Assembly: GCF_963921235.1 (NCBI RefSeq)
Contig: NC_086109.1
Coordinates: 26,662,001-26,726,000, forward strand
Source: Mobula hypostoma
Lineage: Eukaryota
Direction: 5' to 3'
DNA length: 64,000 nt
The notes below the pieces were generated by a model that saw only the letters and a list, made by a program, of their open reading frames with translations, was not told the DNA's origin and did not search any database. Below, piece after piece: positions 63,700 to 64,000 of the stretch; the first letter of the stretch is position 1; each line of letters opens with the position of its first letter. The translations under genes were made by a program, and so were the position numbers.

Positions 63700-63922
63700 A
63701 GAGAGAGAAACTTCTGAGGGCACTCAGCAGATTAGGCAGCATCTATTGAAAGATAGGCTAAGTTAATGGTTGATGTCAAGGATCCTGCTCCAGAACTGAA
63801 GAAATTCTCATGAAGGGTCTTTGACACAAAACAGTAACTCAGTTTTTCTTTCCAGAGATGCTGCCTGATCTGCTGAGTGTTTCAAGCTTTTTCTCCTTGT
63901 TTCAGATGTCTGGCAGCAGCAG
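63700..63922. mobile_element. Older fold-back Penelope-like terminal remnant
   Basis: CACTCAGCAGATTAGGCAGCATCT / AGATGCTGCCTGATCTGCTGAGTG inverted; ATGAAGGGTC core-like. Confidence 0.65.
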
Positions 63923-64000
63923 TGACTTGATTTTCAATTACTAGAGAAGATGAGAGACCATATGCTTCTGGAATCACAGTTTGTTCTGGTTTTGGACTCT

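Noticed and set aside
1..64000. The many 60-150 aa ORFs as novel small proteins
   Set aside because: They are frames or antisense frames of decayed repeats, or low-complexity sequence. None shows independent protein-family signal.
1..64000. CRISPR array, retron or other prokaryotic system
   Set aside because: There are no regularly spaced repeats or operons. All RT fragments are eukaryotic non-LTR or Penelope types.
35329..64000. Next CELSR exon (EGF/laminin-G) within the window
   Set aside because: No cysteine-patterned EGF or LamG-like frame appears in the ORF track or by eye. A very short exon cannot be excluded without a spliced alignment.

Overview
This is eukaryotic, AT-rich, repeat-dense genomic DNA. 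The repeat families suggest a cartilaginous fish, probably a ray; that is an inference. The only host coding sequence I can support is one 639-bp internal exon (34690-35328, + strand, AG/GT-bounded, phase 1-1) of a CELSR/Flamingo adhesion GPCR, best matching CELSR1 exon 2. It has more than 34 kb of intron upstream and more than 28 kb downstream. The introns are a layered record of mobile elements: CR1, Rex1/Babar, RTE and L2 LINEs, Penelope-like elements (PLEs), V-domain, Deu-domain and other tRNA-derived SINEs, Tc1 transposons and hAT MITEs, many nested. The most notable signal is a minimal type-I hammerhead ribozyme motif (CTGAnGA-AGGG..CCC-GAAA-CG-TC^GACTG) in the PLE terminal repeat. It recurs about a dozen times, often in tiny fold-back insertions with 12-14 bp target-site duplications. 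Other oddities are a Tc1 copy with its first catalytic motif micro-inverted, three nested insertions at one 15-bp site, and two near-identical CR1 copies bracketing the exon and sharing a stop codon. Family names come from my recall of motifs, not from database searches, and boundaries of degenerate repeats are approximate.
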